Assembly (NCBI RefSeq): GCF_001194135.2
Contig: NC_068995.1
Coordinates: forward strand, 50,760,860-50,824,859
Source: Octopus bimaculoides
Lineage: Eukaryota
Reading direction: 5' to 3'
Length of the DNA: 64,000 nt
This document shows, piece by piece, positions 26,701 through 40,200 of the stretch. Made by a program: the position numbers and the translations under genes. Each line of letters starts with the position of its first letter. Positions within the stretch are counted from its first letter, which is position 1. The notes below the pieces were generated by a model. The model searched no databases. It was not told the origin of the DNA and was given only the letters and a program-made list of their open reading frames with translations.

Positions 26701-27169
26701 TTTGAGAAAATTCTTCACTGAAACCATTCTAAAACAAAACAGACAGAAACAAACTACTCGGCTGGCACACTGGAAGGCTGCACCAGGCTGATTTGGCATG
26801 CTTTTCTATGGTTGGATGCCTTTCCTAACGCCAACCACTTTGAGTGTGTAATGGATTCTTTTATGTGCCACCAGCATGGGTACCATTTGCGTGACACCAG
26901 TATCTGCCATGATTGCGATTTTGCTCGGCTTGATGGGTCCTTCTTCAAGCACAACATAATGCCAAAAGTCTAGATCATTGCCTCTGTGAGGCCCAATGCA
27001 CACACACACACATATGATGGGCTTCTTTTAGTTCCTGTCTGCTAAATCCACTTAAAAGGCTTTGGTCAGTCTGGGGCTATAGTAGACGTTTGCCCAAGGT
27101 GGCATACAGTGGGACTAAACCTGAGACCGCATAGTTGGGAAACAAACTCCTTAACAACCATGCTTGCAT

Positions 27170-27335
27170 ATAAACAGATTCTTCTTCAATTTGTTTCAAC
27201 TATGTCTTCTTTGGTGTGCTGCACTGGATTCTCCAGTGTGTGGGTCACTGTCGCCGCAAAAGTTGGTGTGGTAGTCTTTCGGTGCTCATCCTTGCAGATG
27301 TGACCAAACCACTGTAGCCGGCACCGTCAGGCTTG
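27170..27335 (-). mobile_element. LINE 3' fragment
   Basis: RCRLQWFGHICK matches the RxRLxWFGHV motif, followed by a degenerate GRPKKTW-like TPKKT*. Confidence 0.6.
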
Positions 27336-28498
27336 GTTTTCAATGGTCAGCTGCTGCTGCTGCTGGCATTGTTCTCGGATGAAAGAGAAAGTCAATCTCA
27401 GTCGGATTTGAACCCAGAACATAAAGCCAAAGAGATGCTGCTAACCATTCTATCCAGCATGCCACTTCAATAATAATTAGATTTCCTTTTTTAACCATTC
27501 CCAGGGTAATATTTGATATTGCAACTCCACTAAAAGAAACAACATGGCGAGTAGTTAGTGATTCAAGAGCTGGCATGTGTCTTTTGACTAATCAAATCTG
27601 AACAGGGAAGGTTTTATATAAAAAAAAAAAAAAAGCTAAGAACAGAGTAGGTATAACTTAATTTTTCATTTTTATAATGGTTTCTACATCTGACTCCAAA
27701 TAAAGAATTTTAATTAGGTGATTATATATTTTCCTAATTACTCATCAAAAATGTTCAAGGGTTCTTTAATAAGAGAACAGCAAACTTACAATGAAAATAT
27801 TAACTCTCGACACCAAAGATAAGTAAATCTTAATGCCACAAATTTTTAAGTAGATTAATATTGCCATAAAAATCATGCGTATGTGAGCTATGCAGATGGT
27901 GTGCTCCCTAAGAAACAGAGTTGGGGGGGGGGTCTTTATTAATTTTACTTAGCCCTTATTTCATTTCATTATTCTTTCCATTTCTTTTTCTTTTTGTCCC
28001 TTTCCTTGAAAAACAAACTATCCCCGAGCTCAATTTCTTTCTTAACAAGATTTGCATTCTTTGTGCAAAGAGAAAGACTGAAGTGTGTGTATGTAAGAAG
28101 CATGAGTGCGTACATGTGTGTGTGTGTGTGTGTGTTTATGCGCGCTGGCTTACTTCATCCCATTGCTATTGCCACCCCAGACGCCCTAGTAGTCTTGCTT
28201 TGTCATCACAGCGAGTCGTTTGTACATTAAGAACACGCATCACAGATCCTATTAGCTGATACCAGAGTTAAAGAAAGAGATATCCTTTCGCAGAGAAGTG
28301 AGGTGGGAAAGGAAGGAGCAGACGGTAGAGATGGCAGTAGTTGGGACATGGTGGTGGCGGCGGCAGTGGTAATCGAGACAGCTCACTGATGGTCATGTTT
28401 CCTTTGGCTTAGAATATCCCCAGAGTTACTACAGTAACAGAATCAAAAGTTTCGGACTCAGGATATTTGCTGTGTGCGTGCATGCGTAAGTGCATGCA

Positions 28499-28529
<31 letters not shown>

Positions 28530-29612
28530 TCATGTTTGTGTATTACTGTATACATGTGCTTCTGTGTGTCTGTGTGTGTGTGTGTGTGTGAGTGAGTGTT
28601 CGTGAACATGTATCGTTTAACCTCGTTTATAGTAAATCTCTCATTACCATAGTTAATCACCCACAATTTTGACATCCACCATCAGCAATAACATCATCAT
28701 CATCACTACCACAATAAATTTATGAAGAAAAGCAAAAGTAAAAAAAAAAAAGGCACACAAAGAGGAAGAGGAGGAGAAAGAATACAAAGAAAGGAGCAGA
28801 GAATTGGATCACAACCTTGAAACTTAAATCTATGTATCAATAATACCTACCAGGTACTCCACCCAACACCCCTACACACCCACCGACCATCACAACCACT
28901 GCTGATACCACCACTGTCATCGTCATCCTTTTAGAAACAAGCTTTTCTTCCTCTGCATATAACAATGACGAAATTCTCCCATTCCATCTGGCAGGTCGTA
29001 AATTGTGTGCACGCACACACATGTATGTGTGTGTATATGTGTGTGTGTGTATGTGTGTGTGCATGCATATGTGCTGGGAATACTGTTTCTACTCGGAGTT
29101 TCAGAGAGTGACATTTTTTTATGTAATTGATTTTTGATAAGAGAATAACATGAGTCAGTCACCAAGAAAAGAAAGTTTATAAAGAAAAATAACACACACA
29201 CACATATATATATATATAAAATGTATAAGGCAAAATGTGTATATATATATTTATACACACACACATATATGCATATATATATATTACATACACACACATG
29301 GGCACACTTGTACTTCCCACCACAAAAATTTAACATTTACTTTTTTGTTAACTTAAGATGTAACCCCTACTTCCTGACAATTTTTTCAGTAGACTATTGA
29401 CCCCAAAAGTATGAAAGGTGAAGTTGGCCTCGACAGGTTTTGAACTCAAGACTACAGAGAGCCAGTACAAGTATCTGTGAAATGCTCAGCCACTTTGCAC
29501 TCAGGTTGGATGCAAAGGGTTTGCAGGCCATCAGATTAGCTGTGGAGGCAGCCGAGGTCACCTTAAAGTGCCTGTGAATCAGTATGCATTCATCTCATCA
29601 AACGCTTTACAA

Positions 29613-29888
29613 CAGTTCTTCTCAAACTATCTGATGTGGCGTACCAGCAGTTTTTTTTTTTTCCAAAGTGCCAGAGACCAGTAATATTTCTTAGTAATAT
29701 TAATTTATACCAGAAATAATATATATATAATGAATATAATAAAAGTTGACTATTTTATTTTTTATCTTATATTTATTTTGTAAACAAATAACACAATATT
29801 ACATAAGCGTTTTATAATGTTTCTTTCTTTTCTGGAAACTCACCGTGTACCGGTACCAGTCCACGGACCACCACTTTGAGTAGCACTG
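29613..29888. mobile_element. hAT (Charlie-like) MITE
   Basis: TIRs CAGTTCTTCTCAAACT and CAGTGCTACTCAAAGT (reverse complement; 13/16 identical). 8-bp target duplication ctttacaa/ctttacag. Confidence 0.8.
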
Positions 29889-30329
29889 CTTTACAGCACT
29901 TAGCCAGTATGTTCTACTCTTCACTATCATTATTGAATGCTTTCAGCCCAACGTAATTTCATTTTCTTTACAAAACACTTGATAATTTCATTTTCTATTT
30001 AAACACTTTCGAGGAGAAAGAAAACACTTTCACCTTCGCTTCTGGACAAGGCAAACACTTTTCCTTTCAAGGAGCGGCAGATAATAACCCAGCAAAGAAA
30101 GTATTCCAGTTTCTAATTCTTTACACAACTGGGAACTATTTTGCACTGCAAATTTTATTCTCGCTTTACAGTCAGAATATCCTACCATGCTAAAAAGTGT
30201 TTTACTTAAGCAAAGATTAACAAAGAAAAAAAGAAAAGAAAAGCAAAAGCATTTTCCGAGATGAAAAGAGAAAGAATAATTTTTTTGGTATAGTTGGTAA
30301 ATGAACCTAATAACTATCATTTTTTTTTT

Positions 30330-30550
30330 CTTTTTTGCAATCTACAATCAGGAAAGGCAAACTTTTTTGCACCACATGGTAATGACCCACGCACGCCACC
30401 ACAATGTGTGAAAAACAAAATAGGAATTTTGAAGGTAGTTTCTATAAAACTAGTTTTTAAACATCGAATGGTTATTCGGGTCCACTAGAATAAAAAAAGT
30501 AACCGAAGAGGTCCATAGATTAAAAAAAAAAATGATTGAGAACCCCTGGA
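30330..30550. mobile_element. probable hAT-type MITE remnant (one end)
   Basis: Ends in ...gattgagaacccctg, the reverse complement of a CAGGGGTTCTCAA hAT-type terminus. The other end was not found. Confidence 0.4.
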
Positions 30551-31148
30551 CCAAACATTTCAAGGCAGCGCTCCCAGCATGTCCACAGTCCAAGAATTAA
30601 CACAAGTGAAAGATAAAAGATATGATATTGAAATAGTGTTATGAAGATGTATAAGTCTATTGCATAGAATCAAGAGAAAAGAATACTTAAAACACGTAAT
30701 TTCCGCAAGTCTCAGTAGTATATGATAAATGTCTAAAGTTATACAGCTCTCATAAATACGTCATGCAGCATATCTAGTTTGGAGGAAAAACTGATGATAT
30801 TAAAATGATGTTGCTGCCAACAATGATGTAAAATACTGTATTATGTTGGAAAGGTTTCGGAATACAGAAAGAAGAAACGAACTACAAAGGCTGCTATTGT
30901 GGCTGTTGTTCATCTGGTGTGTGTGTGTGTGTGTGTGGTGTGGTGGTGATGATGAGGAAGCCTGATTGGAAAAGGAAGGCTGACTACATTTAGATAGGTC
31001 AACCTGACAATGTTTAAAGTACTAGCCAATTTTGACAGCATCCAGTATCTTTCAGAGAGATGAAGCAATAAACAAGAGAAAGAAATATATACATATATAG
31101 ATATATACACGCACATACATACATATCATACATCCATACATATATATC

Positions 31149-31194
<46 letters not shown>

Positions 31195-32559
31195 NNNNNN
31201 NNNNNNNNNNNNNNNNNNNNNNNNNNNNNNNNNNNNNNNNNNNNNNNNNNNNNNNNNNNNNNNNNNNNNNNNNNNNNNNNNNNNNNNNNNNNNNNNNNNN
31301 NNNNNNNNNNNNNNNNNNNNNNNNNNNNNNNNNNNNNNNNNNNNNNNNNNNNNNNNNNNNNNNNNNNNNNNNNNNNNNNNNNNNNNNNNNNNNNNNNNNN
31401 NNNNNNNNNNNNNNNNNNNNNNNNNNNNNNNNNNNNNNNNNNNNNNNNNNNNNNNNNNNNNNNNNNNNNNNNNNNNNNNNNNNNNNNNNNNNNNNNNNNN
31501 NNNNTACATACATATAGTATTATACTTTGCTGTAAGCATTATTATGCAATTGCTTGCTGCAGGTGTAGTTACTGTTTTGCCATTGAGTCTAAGGTCAAAC
31601 CTGTAGACCTATAGTTGAAAATGTTCCAGTTATGACCATCTAGTCTTTTTATTTTTTCAGACACCTTGGGCAAGTAGCTTCTATAGCCTCAGGCCTACAA
31701 CTAAAGCCTTGTGAGTGGATGTGGTAGATGGAAACTGAAACCAACCATATGTAAATATATGTGCGTATGAGTGTGTGCATCTTTTCGTTTTGGCATTGTG
31801 TGGCAGTTGTAAGTGATCGTCACAGTCAAAGGAGTGGTGCCATCTGTTTCCAGTCTTCCACGAAAAACATGTTCAGTAAAGGGGAAAACACTACCTTATT
31901 TGGGAAAGGGTTAGGATTGGTGACAGGAAGAGTATCTGGTCATAGAAAATTTGCCTCAATGAATCCTGTGACCTGCAAAACTTCCTGAATGTTACGCCTA
32001 ATATAAAATTACCTAGAATTTTCCTAGTAGTATGGTCCACCTGATGATGAGTCATTTGGCCCACTTCTCAGAAAAGGTCACCCATCCCTGATCTAGAACT
32101 ATATATTAGCAACTTTCTTGCAAGTAACGCTGTTATTGCTGGTGTCAAGTCAACCATGAAAAAAAAAAAAAACTGATCAAAAAGCATTCCATTCATGAAC
32201 ATCCCATCTTTTGTTTTCCTCTTCCTAATATTTTCAGCTACATTGCATGTTACATCTCAAACTACATTATCCAATGCATCTGATTTTTATATGTTGATGG
32301 ATGTAATTTGAGGAGTGATTTGACTGCTATTTCTAGTATGTCATGTGACCATGTAGAAGCTGTCTCTAGGTATAGGACTGGAAGGTTAAGTGCGGTTACA
32401 TATGGAATGGAAGAACAACTGTCGGAAACAGACACTGGCCAAATGGATAGGGTACTAGCCTGGCAAAACATGGGTTGTGAATTCATAACTGTTGAAGACA
32501 TTCTTACAGGTATGCTGGACCAGAATTTTTAATGCATCAGTGCAGTCGACTATTACTCT

Positions 32560-32900
32560 ACGTGAAAAATCCTTGTGTCATCCAAGTTTAACATAGCTTC
32601 TACTGGCAAAGGTACATGAAAGATGTGGTGAGATTTCTGGCAGACTTACAAAGAACCATATCTGTAGATTTACCAAATGCTAAGGAGTTATATAGGAAAG
32701 TTAAAGTGACTCACTTTGAGTTGTACAGTTGTACAAATATGTTATGCTAATTGAAATAATTAATGCTGGAAATGGGCAGCTAGAGGAAGTGTAGCTGATT
32801 GGATCAATATGGGCTGGAAGAAGAAGAAGAAGCTGTTACCTCTGCTGTTAACAATTAAAGATTTCAATCTTTAGATGAAGAAAAACTGGAAGAGGTGTGT
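32560..32900 (+). mobile_element. decayed RTE-clade LINE internal fragment (same family as 17.2-18.7 kb)
   Basis: KVHERCGEISGRLTKNHICRFTKC and SVADWINMGWKKKKKLLPLLLT, collinear with the 17.95-18.2 kb segment. Confidence 0.7.
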
Positions 32901-33094
32901 GTGTTTGTGTGTGTTGTGAGCAGAAAGGCCATGTAGTAACTGGGATATGGTTTATTGGGTGCATTGATGTGGGAATGTGGTGTGCATGTATGTGTTTGTG
33001 TGTGGTGGGGGTAGATTAGTTACACTAATGTAGCCATGTGATGAATACTCGCAAGAAAGACCACTGAAATAATGGTCGAGTGGTTTACATGTAT

Positions 33095-33312
33095 GAAGGA
33101 AAGACAGTTGCATTGATACAGACGGATGCTGTACATGTGTGCAGAAGAGACAGCCATACACGCAGTGTACATGTATGCTGGGGAAACAGCTGCTCTAATT
33201 AATGGACACATGGTGTGCATGTATGCAGGATACACAGCTACACTGACATAGCCTTGTGCACGTCAGACAGCTGCACTGATAGAGATGTGGTGCATGAGAC
33301 AGCTGCAATATT
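33095..33312. repeat. degenerate 30-45-bp minisatellite (gacagctgcactga...tgtgcatgtatgca)
   Basis: About 6 diverged units recurring with acagc(t/c) and gtgcat/gtacat cores. Confidence 0.55.
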
Positions 33313-33500
33313 GAGGTGATGAGAATGAATAAAGAAATACTAGGTAAAAAAAGTTCTGTGAACTGACAATATATGGTACTTTTGAGAAAAGGTTAAACCA
33401 AAAGAGAGTGGGAAGAAAAAATGGTATGATTAACTTTCTTGATCTCACAAATAAAAACAAGATAATAATGTGATACTGTATATAGACTCATTCCATTCAT

Positions 33501-33660
33501 ATCATCATCATCATCGTTTAACGTCCGCTTTCCATGTTAGCATGGGTTGGACGATTTGACTGAGGACTGGTGAAACCAGATGGCTACACCAGGCTCCAAT
33601 CTGATCTGGCAGAGTTTCTACAGCTGGATGCCCTTCCTAACGCCAACCACTCCGAGAGTG
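33501..33660 (-). mobile_element. young family 4 element
   Basis: catcatcatcatcgtttaacgtccgctttccatg...ctggatgcccttcctaacgccaaccactccgagagtg, with CpGs retained. Confidence 0.8.
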
Positions 33661-33789
33661 GAAAAACCATTACAATGTTAACCTGGACTAAATACTCAAT
33701 TCCACTCAACTATTTTCACACAAAGCAGTAAAAGAAGAGCCACCATGCTTTCATAGCAAAGTTCATTGTTCACAGGTGAGTCAAAGGTA

Positions 33790-34040
33790 AAGTAAAACTA
33801 CCTTCTCGAATCATGCTGACTTACAACAGCCAGTTTCCCAGCTTATATATATATTCTGTACCTGGATGGGATGCTGATCCATCACAGGATTACTCCTTTT
33901 TGCCAGCTGAGTGGACTGGAACAACATGAAAAACAAAGTGTTTGCTCAAGGACGCAACATGTCGCCCTGTCCAGGAATTGAAACCACAATCATACGATCA
34001 CGAGTCTAATACCCAAACCACTTAGCCACGTGACTTCACA
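33790..34040 (-). mobile_element. SINE, same subfamily as 21575-21818
   Basis: Collinear homology (ctggatgggatgc...caggattactc.tttttgccagctgagtggactgg). Confidence 0.75.
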
Positions 34041-34534
34041 GTCCTCAGAGGAAAAGGGATAGTACACATTATGTTTTTGTAGCACCTCTACAGCTACTGT
34101 AAGAAAAGGAGAGAAAGAAATTATGACTCATCTGTTAAATTGGCTAACCTCTGACTCTGGAATTGGTCCAAATGCTTGTAACACAGTGGACTCAGCTAAA
34201 GTCATCCAAGGGCCAAGAGGTGGCGTTAAACTGGTTGATGGGTTAAGCTTCACCATTCATCAACAGGTATAGTCCATCTGATGGACTATACCTTGGGTTG
34301 ATCTGAAGCTATAGCAAAAGACACTTGCTAAAGGTGTCGAATAGTAGGATTGAACCTAGAAACACATGATTGAGAAGCAAATTTCTTAAGCACACAGCGA
34401 TGCCTGCTTGTGATATACGAGAATCATAACCTGGGGAAGTTTACAACTTGTTGATGTAATGCTAAAGAGATAAGCAAGAATTGCCCAAATAAATTATTAT
34501 GATTAATGAGAGTATTCAATTCCACAAGAGAAAA

Positions 34535-34574
<40 letters not shown>

Positions 34575-34697
34575 GAGTATAGTATTATATATATACACAC
34601 ACACATGAGTATATTATATGTGTATATATATGCATATATACATTTGAGTATAGTATTATAAATATACATACAAGTATAATTATATATGAGTATAGGG

Positions 34698-34747
<50 letters not shown>

Positions 34748-35184
34748 TACATACATACATACATATGTAGATTTGTGTGTGTATGTAGTAAGGTGGGATA
34801 ATAAGAAGTGTGATGCTACAAGGCTGGGAAAACAGAATATGAAATGCTTGCTGTGTAAATTGATAAGGTATGAGTGAGTTCAAGGAATTGGTTGGGTGCA
34901 ATTACATGGCTGGTACGGTGGGGGGGGAGGTCATTTGTATGAAGAATAGATGGATATATTAATATGGCCATGTAAACGTATATGCTGATACTCCCTGGCT
35001 GGAAGTGATGAAAGGTAGCTGTGATATAAAAACAGAACAAGGACAAGAAGTAACACAAGTTGAAAATGTAAAGGGCATATAGGACTACATTATCTAATGT
35101 GCTGAGTGTGATTTGTGGGAAATTTGCTTGCTGGTTAGGTTTTCGTAAGATATGTTGAATATATTTGCATATATAGCAGTTAGG

Positions 35185-35350
35185 TGCAGGAGGGACTGTG
35201 TGGTAAGTAGTTTGCTTACCAACCACATGGTTCCAGGTTCAAGTCCCACTGTGTGGCACCTTTGGGCAAGTGTCTTCTACTATAGCCTTGGGCCGACCAA
35301 AGCCTTGTGAGTGGATTTGGTAGACAGAAACTGAAAGAAGCCTGTCGTAT
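35185..35350 (+). mobile_element. family 3 SINE, 5' half
   Basis: tgtgtggtaagtagtttgctt...ggttcaagtccc (B box)...gtagacagaaactgaaagaagcc. Reverse copies at 10068-10228, 6655-6790, 15980-16125 and 27010-27165. Confidence 0.8.
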
Positions 35351-37089
35351 ACTGACAGGAAGTTTTGATGGAAAATTTTGATTTAAATCACTTTGAAGTA
35401 GGAAGTTTGTTTCATTGGCTAGAGGCTGGTGTCAGGTGTGTTAACGTATGAGAAGGTTTAATCCCTTAGCATTTAAACTGGCCATATCCAGCCCAAACTA
35501 TGCTTAGATTATCCCAATACTGTTGGTTCAAATGTTATAATTGATGGTGCATTGTGTACACTAAAAGACAGTCAGCAGAATTGGCAAGGTTAATAATGAT
35601 GGACAGTGTTTGCATGAATCTAATTGAAACGTCAAATGTCTGAATTTACAGATATTTCAAATCCGATAATAGTTTTGATATGGGAAGGTGGGGGAGAGAA
35701 AAAACTCGATGTAATAAATTTTCATTTATTACTTGCGTACACTGGTGGTTAGATAAACAGGTTTGTTACACCTGGATATATTCCTAAAGCAAACAGTTTC
35801 TATGGAACTTGATACCAAGATTTCCATCATGGAATCAGATTAGTTTCTATGAGTTGTGTATATATGCGCTTTAGAGAGAGGCAGGAAGAGAAAGATAAAA
35901 GAGGATTGTTTGCTGAGATTATTACATTTAAAAGTAGGTTTCCCCACTTGAAATTTTCAGAATCTATCAGTCGGATGAGAGAAAGATAGAGAAAGAAATA
36001 ACCATAACGATGACTAATGAAGAAGAAAAAAATTAACAAAATTCTCTAGATTCCGTCCAATCCTATTTACTATTTATTTATTCAGAATAAACAGTTAAAG
36101 CAATAACTAAACACATAAAGACTAATAATGATATTGATTATTGTAAAAATCTGTTATTATTAAACTAGTCTTTTTGTGACAAATTAGTAACGAGAGACCA
36201 ATGACTGAAGACTAGAATGTTCTTGGTTTTATACCAGTTTCGTTCATCCTCTTTCCATATCTCTCACTAACATACTTTTTCAATTTCCTCAGTGTCCTAA
36301 TATCACATCACTTTGATCAGGGGCGTCCACAGAAGCGAAGCTTACAATATGTCAGTATTTGTATGTATATTGTGAATAGGCATGGATACATATATATGTT
36401 AATTTATGCGAGATAAACAGGGTTTACATAAATGAAATCATGGTTTCCTTCAATCAGGTGGCTATACACTTCAGTGAATTTGAAAGTAATAAGGTCATTC
36501 TATTTTAAGCTTACTAACATGTACAATTGGTTGACTAAATGAATCTGTAAGTCCAGGTTATGTAATCCATGTTTAGCTTACATAAAAATTAACATGAAAT
36601 TCTATAAACTTCCTGCAAAGTTGTATTGAGAACTTTTATGACTGTACAGTAACATATAAGGCTAAATTCATTCATTCATTTGATGTCTGTCTTTCCATGC
36701 TAGTATGGGTTAGATGGGAGGTTATTTCAGGCAGGTTTTTACAGCTGGATGCTATTCCTGCCATTAGCCTTTACCTTTTTATAAATAAGGGATTTTATTT
36801 TAATTCTTGGTCATAATATTAACAAGGAATATCAACATCATGACTGTTTTGTTCAAGCTGTGTCAAGCATGGAATATCAAGATTCATGTGCACATACATA
36901 CATACATACAAAAGCACAACAGGACTTTCTGCAGTTTCTGTCAACCAAATTCACCCATAAGCACTGGTCAGCTTGGGTTACTGGTAGAAAACATTAACCT
37001 AAGAAGTCATGCAGTGAGATTGAACCCAAAACCATGTGACTGTGAAGCTAACTTCTTAACAACAACCCTGTCCACACCTATTACACGCA

Positions 37090-37287
37090 CACACTGTGGT
37101 GGTGTTATGTAAAAAGCACCCAGCACACTGTAAAGTGGCTGGCATTAGGAAGGGCATCCAACCATAGAAACGATGCCAAAACAGACAACGGGAGCCTGGT
37201 GCAGCTCTCCAGCCTGGCCAGCACCCGTCAAACCATCCAACCCATACCAGCATGGAACACAGATGTTAAATGATGATGATGATGACG
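37090..37287 (+). mobile_element. SINE-like element (family 4) with an RTE-type (GAT)n tail
   Basis: aaaagcaccc...ggcattaggaagggcatcc...tccaacccataccagcatggaa...taaatgatgatgatg. Other copies at 41070-41230(+), 6455-6590(-), 15600-15730(-), 36665-36790(-) and 55290-55370(-). Confidence 0.75.
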
Positions 37288-40200
37288 ACACACACGTATG
37301 TGTCTGTATATACACACACACACATACACATATGGTGTTGAAATGATAAGGTGTTTGTTCTAGCTTTCCAGGTTCTGAGTTTGAATCCAATCTAAACCAA
37401 CTTTACTTTTCTGCCTTTTAGAATCAATAAAAGACAGTAGATTAGCAGAATAGGAGGGTTTCAGCTAAATTCAAATCCTGCTTCATGTCACTAGAGGTTA
37501 TAAAAAAAAAAAACTGGGCCTTTCGGAAGTCTAAGCAAAATTGGTGATAAGTTTGGGAAATCCTTAAGCGAGTGCCCAAATATTTCAGATGACATACCAG
37601 CTGCCAAGAGAGAATATCAAAGCCTATCTTTACATATCCTGCTACATTTCACATGGAATTTTTGGTCTTCTAAAGTCATTTTGGTTGTATAAGTCAATCT
37701 GCCTTTTTTTGTCTGTAAATTTTGGTCTGAAAATTTCAACTTGTATATCAGAAAATATCATACATACACACTCACATATGCATGCATACAAATGTACACA
37801 TACAATGTATTGACATTCATATTGCAAATGCTGCCAGTTTATATTGAATCTATATGCCTGGCCTTTACAAAATATCAACCTCCATTGTCTGTCCACATAC
37901 GTTTGTTAACACTTTAGCATTCAGATTACTTTGCCAAATGCAATACTTATTTATTCACATTGTTTTCAATTAATCAAGCAATTATCTTGTATCTTTGAGA
38001 TTTCAGTGATGTGATTGTATATTTTTAAAAAGTATGGAAGGTGGACATTAAGCGCTGATGAATGATATTGTAGAGTAGGTGCGAGAGGCCAAATCTGGCC
38101 ACTTTGAACATAAAGCAAAGAAAGAAGTTTTAACACTTTATTGATTATCACAATCTATAGGGATGGTTTTTGCATTATATATGTAATAATTAAATTAAAT
38201 ATTATGCACTTTATTATGTTTTGTGTGATCCCCCTGGTCTGTGACAAAATTGTCTTGCATGAAACCAGTCTGTGAAGCAAAAAAGGTTGAGGATGTAATA
38301 TGTTAGTTTGTATCGCAGACACAAGGCCAAAAACTTGAGAGAAATATAGTCAATTACACAGACAGAAGTCTGTATACCTGGTCCTTATTCTATCAACCCC
38401 CAGGTTGGCCTTAGCATGATCTGAACTTAAAAAAACATAACAGACTGTAATTAAAAGCAGCAATGCATTTTGTCCAACAGATTCTTCTGATTCACTGCTC
38501 TTAGGCATTTAAAAAATAACCATGTCACATTTGCATAAGATTTTTTTTTCTCAATATACTGCAAAAAGGCTTTTAATTAAATATTAATGTGTTAGCCAAA
38601 TACAACTTCACAATCATTAATATAAGCATTTTAACATTTATCCTTTCATCTTCTTCAATATTTGGCTAGACTGCTGAGAATAAAAACTTACATAATTATT
38701 CTCTTCAAATTTTTATTTTATTCAGAGTTAATTTCCTGCTAACTGCAACAATCTAAGGCTAGTGTATCTGCATATGTATGTGTGTATATACATACACACA
38801 CACACACGCATGTATGCACATACACAGGGCTAATTCTAAATTGTTTCTTTGGCTATCATCTGATAGAACTAGGTGAAATTAAACGAGCAGCTAATAACAC
38901 ATCCTATACCTCTACAGTTTTTTTGTTTTTTTCCGACACGCACACAACACTTGATAGATCTAATCTACTGCCTTACTTCCGCTCAGAATATATGGCTCAT
39001 ATTCCATCATACAAAGCAGGTCGTTTGTCAGAATTACACTTCTCATACGCACACCAAATAACCAACGTTTCAGATAGGAGAGAAGTTTCCAGAACCTTCA
39101 ATACACTTATCAAAGGATAGAGGTTCTGTAAAATGCTTGAAACCTTTAAGAGTTTTATTCAGTCCCTAAAATTAAGCAGGTCCTCATCATGAACGCTCAA
39201 TCCAAATGTTCCCTAAATAATTTGTTCTTTGAACTAGAGAAAAATCAGCAGTAAGTTGTTGTTTACATGATTCAGTGTATGTATAACATGAATTCCAGGA
39301 GGTTTTGCAAACATGGTTTACACACTGGAGGTTGTGACATGGTGTACAAAATGACTGCAAGGATTGGACACGTGTTAGAAGTGGTGAAGTAACATCAGCT
39401 GATACTGGGACTGAGAGGATGTGAGACAGAGATTACGACATAACGAAGCTACAACACTATGAATTAATACTGGAGAACGACTAGAAAACAAAACCAATCC
39501 TATAGTTCTGTACAGCCTCATATCAACATAGAAAATGTAGATTACTGATGATGATGATTTTGATCAGGAGGATGAGGAGATTAGTATTGCTCTAGTATCA
39601 TCCACTGTTGGTTCCTTTTACATTTCTGCCCATTGCAAATCTGAACCATTGGATCATATAACCTTAGTACAAAAAAACTTTGTGTTGTGTCTCCAAGGTC
39701 AAATTACACACGTGTGTCTCAATGTCAGTGGTTGACAACAGGCTCCACTGTTTGACAGTTGAATGCATAGCATTAGCAAGGATATCAATTGTTCAATGAA
39801 GAAGTTTCTAAAGGGTTACTCAACATGCTGGAAATAGTAGCTAAAATACTCTCAAATCATACCCAACTGTCTTGAACTAGTAAAAGACATTAGATAATAT
39901 CCATAAAAAGATAAAATGATCATAATTGAAATACATTTCGTCACAGGTTTGGCTTATCAGGACAGACCTGTGATGAAACAACTTTCGTTTCATCACAGGT
40001 CTAAACAACAGTTAATTCCAATACTATATAAATGTACTAACTTGCCCACATTGGCATTTAAATACAATTGAACAATGCCTCATTATTGTAATTAATTAAA
40101 ATCTAATTCTGCAATGCTTTTTTCTCTAAAATTTGTCATTGTGTCCAACACATGCCAGCACTGAAACAGATATTAAATGATGAGGAAAAGAAGGAACCTC

